The translations under genes were made by a program, and so were the position numbers. From positions 146,751 to 210,750 of the forward strand of contig JAXLYX010000012.1 in NCBI GenBank assembly GCA_046351215.1: a stretch of DNA of 64,000 bases, in the 5' to 3' direction. Shown here one piece after another: positions 33,532 through 43,291 of the stretch. The notes beneath the pieces are model-generated. The model was not told the DNA's origin. It did no database searches and saw only the letters and a program-made list of their open reading frames with translations. The stretch is from Polyangiales bacterium (GTDB lineage Bacteria > Myxococcota_A > Polyangia > Polyangiales > Houyiibacteriaceae). The stretch's first letter is position 1. Every line of letters starts with the position of its first letter.

Positions 33532-34824
33532 ATGGGTCTCTTCGACATGTTCGGAGCGGGCGGAGGAAAGCTGACGGTCGAGCCGCAGGCGCTGACGGTG
33601 CAGCCGGGACAGACGCTCCAAGGGAAGATCGCGTTCACCGCGGGCAAGCGCGCGCAGCAGATCACGAACATCAAGGCGCGGCTCGCGCAGACGCTGCAGC
33701 AGATGGAGATGACGCAGCAGGGGCCGCAGCCCCGCTCCCACTCGCAGAACGTCTGCCCCGAGGTCACGCTCGCGGGCGCCTTCACCGCCGAGCCCGGCAA
33801 CCGGTACGAGTTCGCGTTCTCGTTCCAGATCCCCGCGGGCATCCCGAGCTCGGCGCCGAACCTCTGCTCCTATCGACTCTCGGCGTCGGCGGACATCGAC
33901 GGCGAGGTCGATCCCGGAGCGGGCGTCGACATCCAGGTCACGGGCGGCGCGATGCCGCAGGCGATGCCCGGCCAGCCGATGATGCAGGGGATGCCCGGTC
34001 AGCCGATGATGCAGGGGATGCCCGGTCAGCCGATGATGCAGGGGATGCCCGGTCAGCCGATGATGCAGGGGATGCCCGGTCAGCCGATGATGCAGGGGAT
34101 GCCCGGCCAGCCGATGATGGCCGGCGTCGCCGGGGCGATGGGCGCCGCGATGGGCGCGATGGCCGGCCAGCCGATGATGCAGGGGATGCCCGGTCAGCCG
34201 ATGATGCAGGGGATGCCCGGTCAGCCGATGATGCAGGGGATGCCCGGCCAGCCGATGATGCAGGGGATGCCCGGTCAGCCGATGATGCAGGGGATGCCCG
34301 GCCAGCCGATGATGGCGCCGCAGGCGCCGATGGCGCCCCAGCCGCTCGGCGTCGGCTCGATGGTGAACGCTCAATGGCAGGACGGACGCTGGTATCCGGC
34401 GCGTGTCCTCCAGATGCAGAACGGCATGTTCGCCGTCGACTGGGTCGATCCGAACCTCGGCCAGTCGACGTGGGTCGGGCCGCACCAGGTGCAGCCGATG
34501 CCCGCGCAGCCGATGGCGGCTCAGCCCGGGTACGGCGCGCCCGCTCAGCCGCCGATGATGGGCGGCGCACCGATGGCCAAGCAGCCGGACCCCGGCTACG
34601 CGAAGCAGGGTGGCTACCCCGAGAAGGGCGGCTACCCCGAGAAGGGCATGGCCGCTTCGCCCGGCGTCGGTCCCGGGAGCGCCGTGCTCGCTCCCTGGCA
34701 CGACGGACAGATGCATCCCGGTCGCGTCGTCCAGGTGCAGGGCAACATGGTCTGCGTCGACTGGGAGAACCCGCAGCTCGGCGCGAGCGCGTGGGTCGAC
34801 GGGACCCGGATCAAGCCTCGGTGA
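33532..34824 (+). CDS. SpoOM-like N-domain protein with Met/Gln/Pro/Gly nonapeptide repeats and two Tudor/SH3-like C-terminal modules
   Basis: 430 aa from ATG 33532 (RBS GAGGGGAGG). The N-terminal approx. 140 aa are SpoOM/arrestin-like. They are followed by 12 x MPGQPMMQG, then WQDGRWYPARVLQMQNGMFAVDWVD and WHDGQMHPGRVVQVQGNMVCVDWEN modules. No signal peptide. Confidence 0.8.
   Translation: MGLFDMFGAGGGKLTVEPQALTVQPGQTLQGKIAFTAGKRAQQITNIKARLAQTLQQMEMTQQGPQPRSHSQNVCPEVTLAGAFTAEPGNRYEFAFSFQIPAGIPSSAPNLCSYRLSASADIDGEVDPGAGVDIQVTGGAMPQAMPGQPMMQGMPGQPMMQGMPGQPMMQGMPGQPMMQGMPGQPMMQGMPGQPMMAGVAGAMGAAMGAMAGQPMMQGMPGQPMMQGMPGQPMMQGMPGQPMMQGMPGQPMMQGMPGQPMMAPQAPMAPQPLGVGSMVNAQWQDGRWYPARVLQMQNGMFAVDWVDPNLGQSTWVGPHQVQPMPAQPMAAQPGYGAPAQPPMMGGAPMAKQPDPGYAKQGGYPEKGGYPEKGMAASPGVGPGSAVLAPWHDGQMHPGRVVQVQGNMVCVDWENPQLGASAWVDGTRIKPR
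33964..34320 (+). repeat. 27-bp tandem repeat, two blocks of six units separated by a 33-bp spacer
   Basis: Block 1 is 33964-34125 and block 2 is 34159-34320. The unit is atgcccggYcagccgatgatgcagggg. Units 2-5 of block 1 are identical 27-mers, and the others differ only at ggt/ggc or at block ends. In frame with the CDS. Confidence 0.95.
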
Positions 34825-35725
34825 CGTCGCCCATGCGCGAGCCGTCTCCGGGCGGATGCGTGTCCACGTGGACCACGCAGTCCGAGCCGGGGACGGCCTT
34901 CCGCACCGCCTGACGCACCTCGAAGGCGATGCGATGGCCCTCGGCCACGGTCAGGCCTTCCGAGACCTCGACGTGGACCTCGCCGTGCACGTGCTCCGGG
35001 CCGATGAGCTGGGCGCGCAGCCCGTGCATGCCGTTGACGCCTGGCACCGAGCGGACGGCCTCCTCGAAGCGCCGCATGACCTCGGGCTCGGGAGAACGGC
35101 CGAGCAGGTAGGACGCGTTCTCCCGGAAGAGCCCGACGCCGTTCGCGGCGATGATCACCGCGACGAAGAGCGCGGCGAGGGGGTCGGCGATCGGATGGCC
35201 GTACATCACGGCGATGGTCGCGACGAGCGCCGCCGCGAGGCCGAGCTGATCGTTCACGAGCTCGAGGAGCTGGGCCTTGGCGGAGGCGCCGCTCGGCTTC
35301 TTCTTCAGGAGCACGACGAGCGGGATCGCGGCGAGCCCCATGGAGAGCACGAGCACGCCGATCGCGAGCCCGAGGTTCTTGTGCTCCGCCTCGTGGTGGG
35401 TGAAGAGGCGGGGCAAGGCCTCGCGGAAGAGCTCGAAGGCCGTGAAGCTGATGAAGAGCGTCGCCGCCACGAGCGCTCCGACGTACTGGGCCCGTCCGTG
35501 CCCGAACGGATGGTCCTCGTCCGAGTCCGCCTTCGAGACCCAGAGCGCGGCGAGCAGGAAGCCGGCGACGAAGACGTCGCTCAGCGTGTGCAGCGCTTCG
35601 GCCAGGATCGCGACGACGCCCGTCGCGAAATAGACCCCGAGCTTGAGGACGAAGCTGAGGACGTAGACGCCGAGCGAGAGCTTCAGCGCGCCCGCGTCCT
35701 CCGTGGAAGTCTCGTGGCCGCTCAT
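34811..35725 (-). CDS. Cation diffusion facilitator (CDF) family metal efflux transporter
   Basis: 304 aa from ATG 35725 (MSGHETST). TM domain with ILAEALHTLSDV and DEDHPFGHGRAQY motifs plus a C-terminal cytoplasmic domain. The 3' end overlaps the convergent gene 33532-34824 by 14 nt. Confidence 0.85.
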   Translation of the reverse strand: MSGHETSTEDAGALKLSLGVYVLSFVLKLGVYFATGVVAILAEALHTLSDVFVAGFLLAALWVSKADSDEDHPFGHGRAQYVGALVAATLFISFTAFELFREALPRLFTHHEAEHKNLGLAIGVLVLSMGLAAIPLVVLLKKKPSGASAKAQLLELVNDQLGLAAALVATIAVMYGHPIADPLAALFVAVIIAANGVGLFRENASYLLGRSPEPEVMRRFEEAVRSVPGVNGMHGLRAQLIGPEHVHGEVHVEVSEGLTVAEGHRIAFEVRQAVRKAVPGSDCVVHVDTHPPGDGSRMGDVTEA

Positions 35726-35760
35726 GGGCGTGTTGTGGCATTCTTCGGCAGATCCGGCGA

Positions 35761-36666
35761 ATGGGCTCCGAAACCAAGTCCGACGCACCGTTTCCCCCGA
35801 CACTCCCGGCCGCCCTGGTCGAGGCGGCGCCGGACGCGATCGTCGTGGTCGCGGCCGACGGTACGATGGTCCTCGTGAACCGCATGGCGGAGAGGCTCTT
35901 CGGCTACGAGCGCCACGAGCTCCTCGGCAGACCGATCGAGCTCCTCGTTCCCGACGACGTGCGCGAGAAGCACGAGCAGAGTCGCCGGCGGTTCGCCGAT
36001 GCCCTCCGGGTGCGTCCGATGGGCGAGGGCCTCTCCCTGCTCGGCCGCAAGAAGTCGGGCGCCACGATCCCCGTCGAGATCTCCCTCGGTCACGTCCAGG
36101 TTCCGGAGGGGCGCTTCGTCATGGCCTTCGTGCGCGACATCGCGCACCGCAAGCAGCTCGAGGAGCAGCTCGTGCACCTCAGCACGCACGACGCGCTCAC
36201 GGGGCTCTACAACCGGACCTTCTTCGACGCCGAGCGAGCGCGGCTCGACACGGGACGCGTCGCCGTCGGCGTCATCATGATCGACGTCGACGGGCTCAAG
36301 ATCGTCAACGACGAATTCGGCCACGAAGCGGGTGATCGCCTGATCCGCCGGACCTCCGCGGTGCTCCGCATGACCTTCCGAGAGGAGGACATCCTCGCTC
36401 GCGTCGGCGGCGACGAGTTCGCCGTGCTCATCCCCGGCGTGGACGAGCACCAGCTCGCCTCCGCGGCCGACCGCCTCCGCCAGGACCTCTTCCGCCACAA
36501 CGAGCTGACGATCGGCCCGGCCCTGAGCCTCTCGGTGGGCTGGGCGATCTCGCACGCGCGCGGACACCTCCCGCGCGCGATCCGTCTCGCCGACCAGCGG
36601 ATGTACGAGGACAAGCGGCGACGAAAGGCGGCCCGGGGCGGCTCCGCGCCGCCGCCGCCCGTCTGA
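35761..36666 (+). CDS. PAS-GGDEF diguanylate cyclase
   Basis: 301 aa. PAS domain (APDAIVVVAADGTMVLVNRMAERLFGY). Intact active site RVGGDEFAV, preceded by DVDGLKIVNDEFGHEAGD. Confidence 0.9.
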   Translation: MGSETKSDAPFPPTLPAALVEAAPDAIVVVAADGTMVLVNRMAERLFGYERHELLGRPIELLVPDDVREKHEQSRRRFADALRVRPMGEGLSLLGRKKSGATIPVEISLGHVQVPEGRFVMAFVRDIAHRKQLEEQLVHLSTHDALTGLYNRTFFDAERARLDTGRVAVGVIMIDVDGLKIVNDEFGHEAGDRLIRRTSAVLRMTFREEDILARVGGDEFAVLIPGVDEHQLASAADRLRQDLFRHNELTIGPALSLSVGWAISHARGHLPRAIRLADQRMYEDKRRRKAARGGSAPPPPV

Positions 36667-36688
36667 GCGCGCCGCGCGCGGGACGGCC

Positions 36689-38098
36689 TCAGGCCGGGCG
36701 GAGCGGAGCGTCCGCGCGCCAGTCGACCGCGATCTGCAGGCCGCGCGCGCCCGGATGCATGCTGAGCTCGGGCACGATGTCCGGCTCGAAGCCGGGCGCG
36801 AGCTTCGGCTCGAGGTTCTGGAGCAGCGTGCCGATGATGAGGCGGAACTCCATCTGGGCGAAGCCCTGGCCGAGGCAGACGCGCGGACCGGCGGCGAAGG
36901 GCGTGTACGAGCCCTTCGGCAGCTTGCGCTCGTACTCGCGGGTCCAGCGCTCCGGCTCGAACTTCTCGGGGTTCGGATGCCAGCGCGAGTCGCGTCCCAT
37001 GACGAGCGGGCTGATGAAGATCGGGTTGCCCTTCTTGAAGCGCCAGCCCTTGATCACGACGTCGTGGATCGGCTCGCGCATGTAGGTCCAGACGGCCGGC
37101 ATGATGCGGAAGCTCTCCTTCATCACCTGGTTCAGGTAGGGAAGGTGGTCGAGGTCCTCGACCGTGAGCGGCCGCTTGCCGACGACGCGGTCGATCTCCT
37201 CGCGCGCCTTCGCAGCCTTGTCCGGGTTCTTGCAGAGCAGGTACCAGCACCACGTCATGTTGTGGGCGGTCGTCTCGTGGCCGGCGAAGATCAGCGTCAT
37301 CGCCTCGTCGCGCATCTCGCGCGCCGTCATGCCGAGGCCCTTCTCGTCCTTCGCGAAGACGACGGTCGAGAGCAGGTCGCCCTTGTCGACGCCCTCGGCA
37401 CGTCGCTCGGCGATGAGGCGGTGGATCACGCCCTCGATGGCCTCGATCGCTGCGATCTTCCGGCGGTTGCCGGGCGAGGGCCACCAGCGCGGCGTCGGCA
37501 GCGGCATGTTGATGTGCTCGACCAGCATCTCGCTGATGTCGTGCATCGCCTTGAAGACCGTGTCCGCCTCGCCCTCGAGCTTCGCGTTGAAGAGCGTCTT
37601 GCCGACGATCCAGAGCGCGAGGTTGTTGATGTCGCGCCGGATGTCGCGCTGCTCGCCCTGCTGGTACTCCGCGAGCATGTGCTGCGTGTACTCGACCATC
37701 GAGGGCGCGTACGCGTCGATGCGGTGGCGGTGGAAGCCCGGCTTCACCATGTCGTGCTGACGGCGCCAGTGCTCTCCGTCGTTCGGCACGAGGCCGTTGC
37801 CGAGGAAGAGCTTCCAGAGCGTCTTCGCGAGCCGCGGCTTCTGGAACTCGTCGGCCCGACGCACGTTGATCTCGTGGATGATCTCGGGGTCGCGGACGAA
37901 GACCCAGTCCTCGTTCACGATGCGCGTCTTCACCACATCCCCGTACTCTTCGTGGATCGAGGTGACGAACGCGATCTGATCCGACTGGAAGTCCATCGTC
38001 GAGCCGATGATCGGCTTGCCCTTGCGCCGAGGAATCTCGCGCGCATCTCCAGGCGGGTTACCAGATTCCACGGTCTTGACGGACTCGACAGACGGCAT
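36689..38098 (-). CDS. Cytochrome P450
   Basis: 469 aa. GGAGG RBS. Heme loop FAAGPRVCLGQGFA, I-helix AGHETTAH, ExxR (ESFRI), PERW (FEPERW). Confidence 0.9.
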   Translation of the reverse strand: MPSVESVKTVESGNPPGDAREIPRRKGKPIIGSTMDFQSDQIAFVTSIHEEYGDVVKTRIVNEDWVFVRDPEIIHEINVRRADEFQKPRLAKTLWKLFLGNGLVPNDGEHWRRQHDMVKPGFHRHRIDAYAPSMVEYTQHMLAEYQQGEQRDIRRDINNLALWIVGKTLFNAKLEGEADTVFKAMHDISEMLVEHINMPLPTPRWWPSPGNRRKIAAIEAIEGVIHRLIAERRAEGVDKGDLLSTVVFAKDEKGLGMTAREMRDEAMTLIFAGHETTAHNMTWCWYLLCKNPDKAAKAREEIDRVVGKRPLTVEDLDHLPYLNQVMKESFRIMPAVWTYMREPIHDVVIKGWRFKKGNPIFISPLVMGRDSRWHPNPEKFEPERWTREYERKLPKGSYTPFAAGPRVCLGQGFAQMEFRLIIGTLLQNLEPKLAPGFEPDIVPELSMHPGARGLQIAVDWRADAPLRPA

Positions 38099-38187
38099 TC
38101 GGACCTCCGAGGATCGGAGCTCCGACTATTCGTAATTCGCGAGCTCTCCGTGCACACCGGTGCGGCCACAACGGCCGTCCCCTGCGG

Positions 38188-39219
38188 TCAGGCGTCGTGT
38201 CGCTCGCGCTCGACGAACGCCGTCGGCGAAGTCCCGGTCCACCGCTTGAACGCGCGGCGGAAGGCGTTCGAGCCCGAGAAGCCCAGCATGTAGGCGATCT
38301 CGTCCAGGCTGCGGCGTCCCTCCTCGAGGAGGGCGAGCGCCTGTTCCTTCCGGACCTCGTCGAGGAGGTCGCGCGCGCTCGTGCCCTCGGCGGCCAGCCG
38401 TCGGCGCAGCGTGCGATCGCTCATCTTCAGCGCGTCGGCGACCTCGCCGAGGACGGCCTCGCCGGACTCGAGCCGTGTCGCGAAGAAGCGCCGCACCCGG
38501 TCCCGGATGCGCTGGTGCGCGCTGTTCTTGCTGACGAGCACGTCCGCCTGCTGGGCGAGGAGCTGCCCGAGGTGCGGATCGGCTCCCATGATCTTCGTGT
38601 CGATGCGCGGCTTCGGGAAGACGAAGCCGACGGCCGACGCGCCGTAGCGGACGGGTGCGCCGAGCAGCTCCTGCGCGCGCTCCGAGTGGCGCGGGAAGCG
38701 GTGGGCGAAGACGATCTCCGTCGGTGCCTCGGCCTCGGGCGTGAGGATGCGACCGAGCGCGAGCACGATCGCGAGGAGGTACTCGGCGAAGGCCGGCGGT
38801 CCGAGCGGCTCGCCGTGCAGCTCGAATTCGATGCGGGAGGCGTTCTCCTCCTCGGTCAGGTTGTACTCGATGCCGTCGACCACGACGTGGCGGTACGGGC
38901 GGATGAAACGTGCGCCGTCGCGCAGCGTCATCTGCGAGCCCATGAGGTAGAAGCCGAGCGGGAACGCGTCGCGATCGAGGTGGGCGGCGGCGCGCAGCGG
39001 GAACGAGGGATCGCCCGTCAGCGCGACGCAGGCCGCGTGCAGGTCCATGAACGCCTCGAGCGTGAGGCGTCCGTGGAGGCTCCGGAGGTCGGCCTCGTCG
39101 AGGCCGAGCCGCGAGAGCATCGGCCCGACGTCGTGGCCAGCCGAGCGCAGCGCCGACAGGAGCGGCAGCGCGAGCCGTGCGGTGATCGAGGTCGGGGCGG
39201 TCGGGGGCTTGGCCAGCAC
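38188..39219 (-). CDS. AraC-family transcriptional regulator
   Basis: C-terminal dual HTH (VADALKMSDRTLRRRL... LDEIAYMLGFSGSNAFRRAFKRWTGTSP). The start is placed at GTG 39219 (343 aa) because upstream residues of track ORF 38188-40071 are non-natural. Start uncertain. Confidence 0.8.
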   Translation of the reverse strand: MLAKPPTAPTSITARLALPLLSALRSAGHDVGPMLSRLGLDEADLRSLHGRLTLEAFMDLHAACVALTGDPSFPLRAAAHLDRDAFPLGFYLMGSQMTLRDGARFIRPYRHVVVDGIEYNLTEEENASRIEFELHGEPLGPPAFAEYLLAIVLALGRILTPEAEAPTEIVFAHRFPRHSERAQELLGAPVRYGASAVGFVFPKPRIDTKIMGADPHLGQLLAQQADVLVSKNSAHQRIRDRVRRFFATRLESGEAVLGEVADALKMSDRTLRRRLAAEGTSARDLLDEVRKEQALALLEEGRRSLDEIAYMLGFSGSNAFRRAFKRWTGTSPTAFVERERHDA

Positions 39220-39369
39220 ACACCCAGGGTAGGCTGCGTCCGTCGGGGTGTGCGAGTGCCTGGCCGTCCGGGTGTGACGGAACGGCCGCCAACTCGCGAA
39301 CCGACCCGTAAGGGTGTCCCGCGGGGGATGTGGGTGGCCGTGGGAGCGTGGTCCTCTGGCCGCGAGGGC

Positions 39370-39912
39370 ATGGTGGCCGCACCGGGACGGCCCCATGTTC
39401 GGGCCTCTCGACGGAGGTGTCGTTTGCCGCTGCTCGATCCGCAGAACCGTCCCGAGGGGCTCGACCACCCCCTCGTCCCGAAGATCCTCCGCATCGTCTC
39501 GAAGTGGAACGTCGCCGCGTACCGGGCGACGAACGGCTTCCTCGGCGGCACGTGGCGCGTGGGCGCCGCGTTCCCGCGCGGCGTGCCGATCTGCCTCCTC
39601 ACGACGATCGGCCGCAAGACCGGCGAGAGGCGCACGGCGCCCGTGCTCTTCCTGCAGGAGGGGCGACGGGTCGTCGTCGTCGGCTCGCAGGGAGGGATGA
39701 AGAGCCATCCCCTCTGGTACCTCAACCTGAAGGCGAATCCCGAGTGCGAGGTCCAGGTGAAGGGCGAGGTCTGGAAGGCGCGCGCCCACACGGCCGACGC
39801 CACCGAGCGCGCCCATTGGTGGCCGAAGCTCGTCGCCCACTACGCCGATTTCGCGACCTACGAGGCCTGGACCGATCGCGAGATCCCCGTCGTGATCCTC
39901 GATCCGGCCTGA
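39370..39912 (+). CDS. Nitroreductase-family deazaflavin-dependent oxidoreductase (Ddn/DUF385-like)
   Basis: The C-terminal approx. 150 aa of track ORF 38197-39912 are natural. CLLTTIGRKTGERRTAPVLF...VVVGSQGGMKSHPLWYLNLKANP is the family signature. Start at ATG 39370, or TTG 39424. Confidence 0.75.
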   Translation: MVAAPGRPHVRASRRRCRLPLLDPQNRPEGLDHPLVPKILRIVSKWNVAAYRATNGFLGGTWRVGAAFPRGVPICLLTTIGRKTGERRTAPVLFLQEGRRVVVVGSQGGMKSHPLWYLNLKANPECEVQVKGEVWKARAHTADATERAHWWPKLVAHYADFATYEAWTDREIPVVILDPA

Positions 39913-40015
39913 GCTCGGCCGCGACCGAACCCGGTTCCCTTCCCGGCGCGACGGGCGCATGATCCCGGGCGGGCGTCCTCCCCGGACGGGGAGACGGGAA
40001 AGGAATCGGGATCCG

Positions 40016-41443
<1,428 letters not shown>

Positions 41444-41473
41444 GCCGAGGGCCCGCGCGGCCCCGACCCCCCC

Positions 41474-41510
41474 GACACCGACGTGCGTGCGCGAGCCCGC
41501 CGTCGGTGTC
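41474..41510 (+). terminator. Stem-loop after the OmpA-family gene
   Basis: 10-bp perfect stem GACACCGACG / CGTCGGTGTC (41474-41483, 41501-41510), 17-nt loop, followed by AGCGTTTCGG. Begins 31 nt after the stop at 41443. Confidence 0.45.
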
Positions 41511-41523
41511 AGCGTTTCGGGCC

Positions 41524-42303
41524 ATGGAAGCCCCCTTCGCCGTCGAGCTCGCCGCCTCGGGCATCGCCGCCGCCGCGGCCGGTTTCGTCAACGCGATCGC
41601 CGGTGGGGGCACGCTGATCAGTTTCCCGACCCTGACCTTCCTCGGCATCCCCGCGCTGGTCGCGAACGTGACGAACACCGTCGCCCTCTGCCCGGGCTAC
41701 CTCGGCGGCGCCTACGCCCAGCGCGAGGATCTCGCTTCGCAGAAGCCGACGCTGGCGCGGCTCTTGCCCGTCGCGATCCTCGGGGGGCTCTCGGGCGGTC
41801 TCCTGCTGATGGTGACCTCGGAGGCGCTCTTCCGCGCGATCGTGCCGTTCCTGATCCTCCTCGCGACCGCCCTCCTGGCCGCGCAGAAGCGGCTCAAGGA
41901 CTGGGTCGTCGCACGCGAGGCGGAAGCCGCCCGGGAGGGTCGGCGGGGCGGGCCGGGGCCGCTCGGGCTGCTCGCCGTCTTCGCGGCCGCGGTCTACGGC
42001 GGCTACTTCGGCGCGGGGCTCGGGATCGTCCTCTTGGCCGTGCTGGGCGCGGTCGTCGACGACGATCTCGTGCGGGTGAACGCGTTGAAGCAGGCGGTCT
42101 CCCTGTCGGTGAACGTCACGGCGGCCCTCTACTTCCTCTTCTCGGGGCGGGTGCTCCTCCCGATCGCGCTCTCGATGGCGGTCTTCGCGCTCGTCGGCGG
42201 CCACGTCGGCGGCAAGCTCGCCCGGCGGCTCGAAGCCGATACCCTGCGGGGCCTCGTGATCGCCGCGGGTCTCGTCGTGTCGGCCTATTACTTCCTCCGC
42301 TGA
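41524..42303 (+). CDS. TauE/SafE family sulfite-exporter-like membrane protein
   Basis: 259 aa from ATG 41524. Gly-rich TM helices. FVNAIAGGGTLISFPTL and VYGGYFGAGLGIVLLAVL are typical of the family. Confidence 0.85.
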   Translation: MEAPFAVELAASGIAAAAAGFVNAIAGGGTLISFPTLTFLGIPALVANVTNTVALCPGYLGGAYAQREDLASQKPTLARLLPVAILGGLSGGLLLMVTSEALFRAIVPFLILLATALLAAQKRLKDWVVAREAEAAREGRRGGPGPLGLLAVFAAAVYGGYFGAGLGIVLLAVLGAVVDDDLVRVNALKQAVSLSVNVTAALYFLFSGRVLLPIALSMAVFALVGGHVGGKLARRLEADTLRGLVIAAGLVVSAYYFLR

Positions 42304-42356
42304 CGGATGTCAGCGAGCACCCTCGCGGGACGGGGGCGCGTGTCTATGTGGAGGAA

Positions 42357-42839
42357 ATGGCTCTGCTCCTCACCTCTCGGTCGTTCGCGCCGGGCGCGGC
42401 GATCCCCAGCGTCCACACCTGCGAGGGCGACGATCGCTCGCCGGCGCTCGGATTCGACGGGGCACCGGCCGGGACGAAGAGCCTCGCCCTCATCGTCGAC
42501 GATCCGGACGCTCCCGATCCGAAGGCGCCCCGCACGATCTGGGTCCATTGGATCCTCTACGACCTGCCCCCGGATTGCCTGGGCCTGCCCGAGGACGTGG
42601 CCAACGTCGGCCTGCCGCCCGGAGCCCGCGAGGGCCTGAACGATTGGAAGCGGACCGGCTGGGGTGGACCCTGCCCTCCGATCGGCAGGCATCGCTACTT
42701 CTTCAAGCTCTACGCCCTCGACCGCATGCTCGGGGACCTCCACCACCCGGACAAGGCCACCCTGCTCGCGGCGATGGAGAAGCACGTGCTCGCGCGGGCC
42801 GAGCTCGTCGGGACCTACGAGAAGAGGCACCGACGATGA
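42357..42839 (+). CDS. YbhB/YbcL family Raf-kinase-inhibitor-like (PEBP) protein
   Basis: 160 aa from ATG 42357 (RBS GGAGGAA). DDPDAPDP, HWILYDL and GPCPPIGRHRYFFKLYAL motifs. Confidence 0.85.
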   Translation: MALLLTSRSFAPGAAIPSVHTCEGDDRSPALGFDGAPAGTKSLALIVDDPDAPDPKAPRTIWVHWILYDLPPDCLGLPEDVANVGLPPGAREGLNDWKRTGWGGPCPPIGRHRYFFKLYALDRMLGDLHHPDKATLLAAMEKHVLARAELVGTYEKRHRR

Positions 42840-42880
42840 CCCCCGACGGTGTTACCCTGTGGCCACCGGAGGTGGGGGTC

Positions 42881-43279
42881 ATGGGAGCCTGGGGCGCCGG
42901 CAGCTTCGACAACGACGACGCGAGCGATTTCGTCCACGAGCTCGAGGAGACGTCCGATCTCGATCTCGTCCGCGCCGTGCTCACCGAGGTCGTGGAGACC
43001 AGCGACTACCTCGAGGCCCCGGAAGGCAGCGTCGCCGTCGCCGCCGCCGACGTCGTCGCGTCCGCTCGCGGCAATCCGCCGGCCGAGCTCGTGGAATCCG
43101 TCCGCGCCTGGCTCACGCGCGTTCGTCCCGAGCCGAGCGACGACGACATCGAGCTCGCCCTGCGCGCGCTCGATCGCGTGCGCGGGACCGAGTCCGAGCT
43201 CGCCGAGCTGTGGAGCGACGCGGGCGAAGGCGATTGGTCCCGAGCCATGGCGGATCTCGAATCGCGTCTCCGGGGCTGA
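42881..43279 (+). CDS. DUF4259 domain protein
   Basis: MGAWGAGSFDNDDASDFVHEL is the typical DUF4259 N-terminus. An alternative ATG 42836 overlaps the PEBP stop (ATGA) and would add 15 aa. Confidence 0.7.
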   Translation: MGAWGAGSFDNDDASDFVHELEETSDLDLVRAVLTEVVETSDYLEAPEGSVAVAAADVVASARGNPPAELVESVRAWLTRVRPEPSDDDIELALRALDRVRGTESELAELWSDAGEGDWSRAMADLESRLRG

Positions 43280-43291
43280 GGCGAGGTCCAC

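Noticed and set aside
33964-34320. Considered whether the 27-bp repeat array could be a CRISPR array.
   Set aside because: The units are directly contiguous with no unique spacers, apart from one 33-bp in-frame spacer. The unit length is a multiple of three inside a CDS, and there are no cas genes in the window.
32683-34716. 677-aa minus-strand ORF with its own striking peptide repeat (HRLTGHPLHHRLAGHPLHH), and 33938-34570 (ASPASSADR repeats).
   Set aside because: These are antisense or alternative-frame translations of the same 27-bp DNA repeat. Only the + frame from 33532 connects the repeat to natural-looking flanking domains (SpoOM-like, Tudor-like) and has an RBS. The others are flanked by Arg/Pro-rich sequence.
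36689-38098. Suspected horizontal acquisition of the second P450: more Lys/Asn/Ile than its neighbours, and A/T-ending codons in the first 25 codons.
   Set aside because: This is an impression by eye only. The bulk of the gene uses the same G/C-ending codons as its neighbours, and I have no flanking mobility genes or computed composition statistics to support it.
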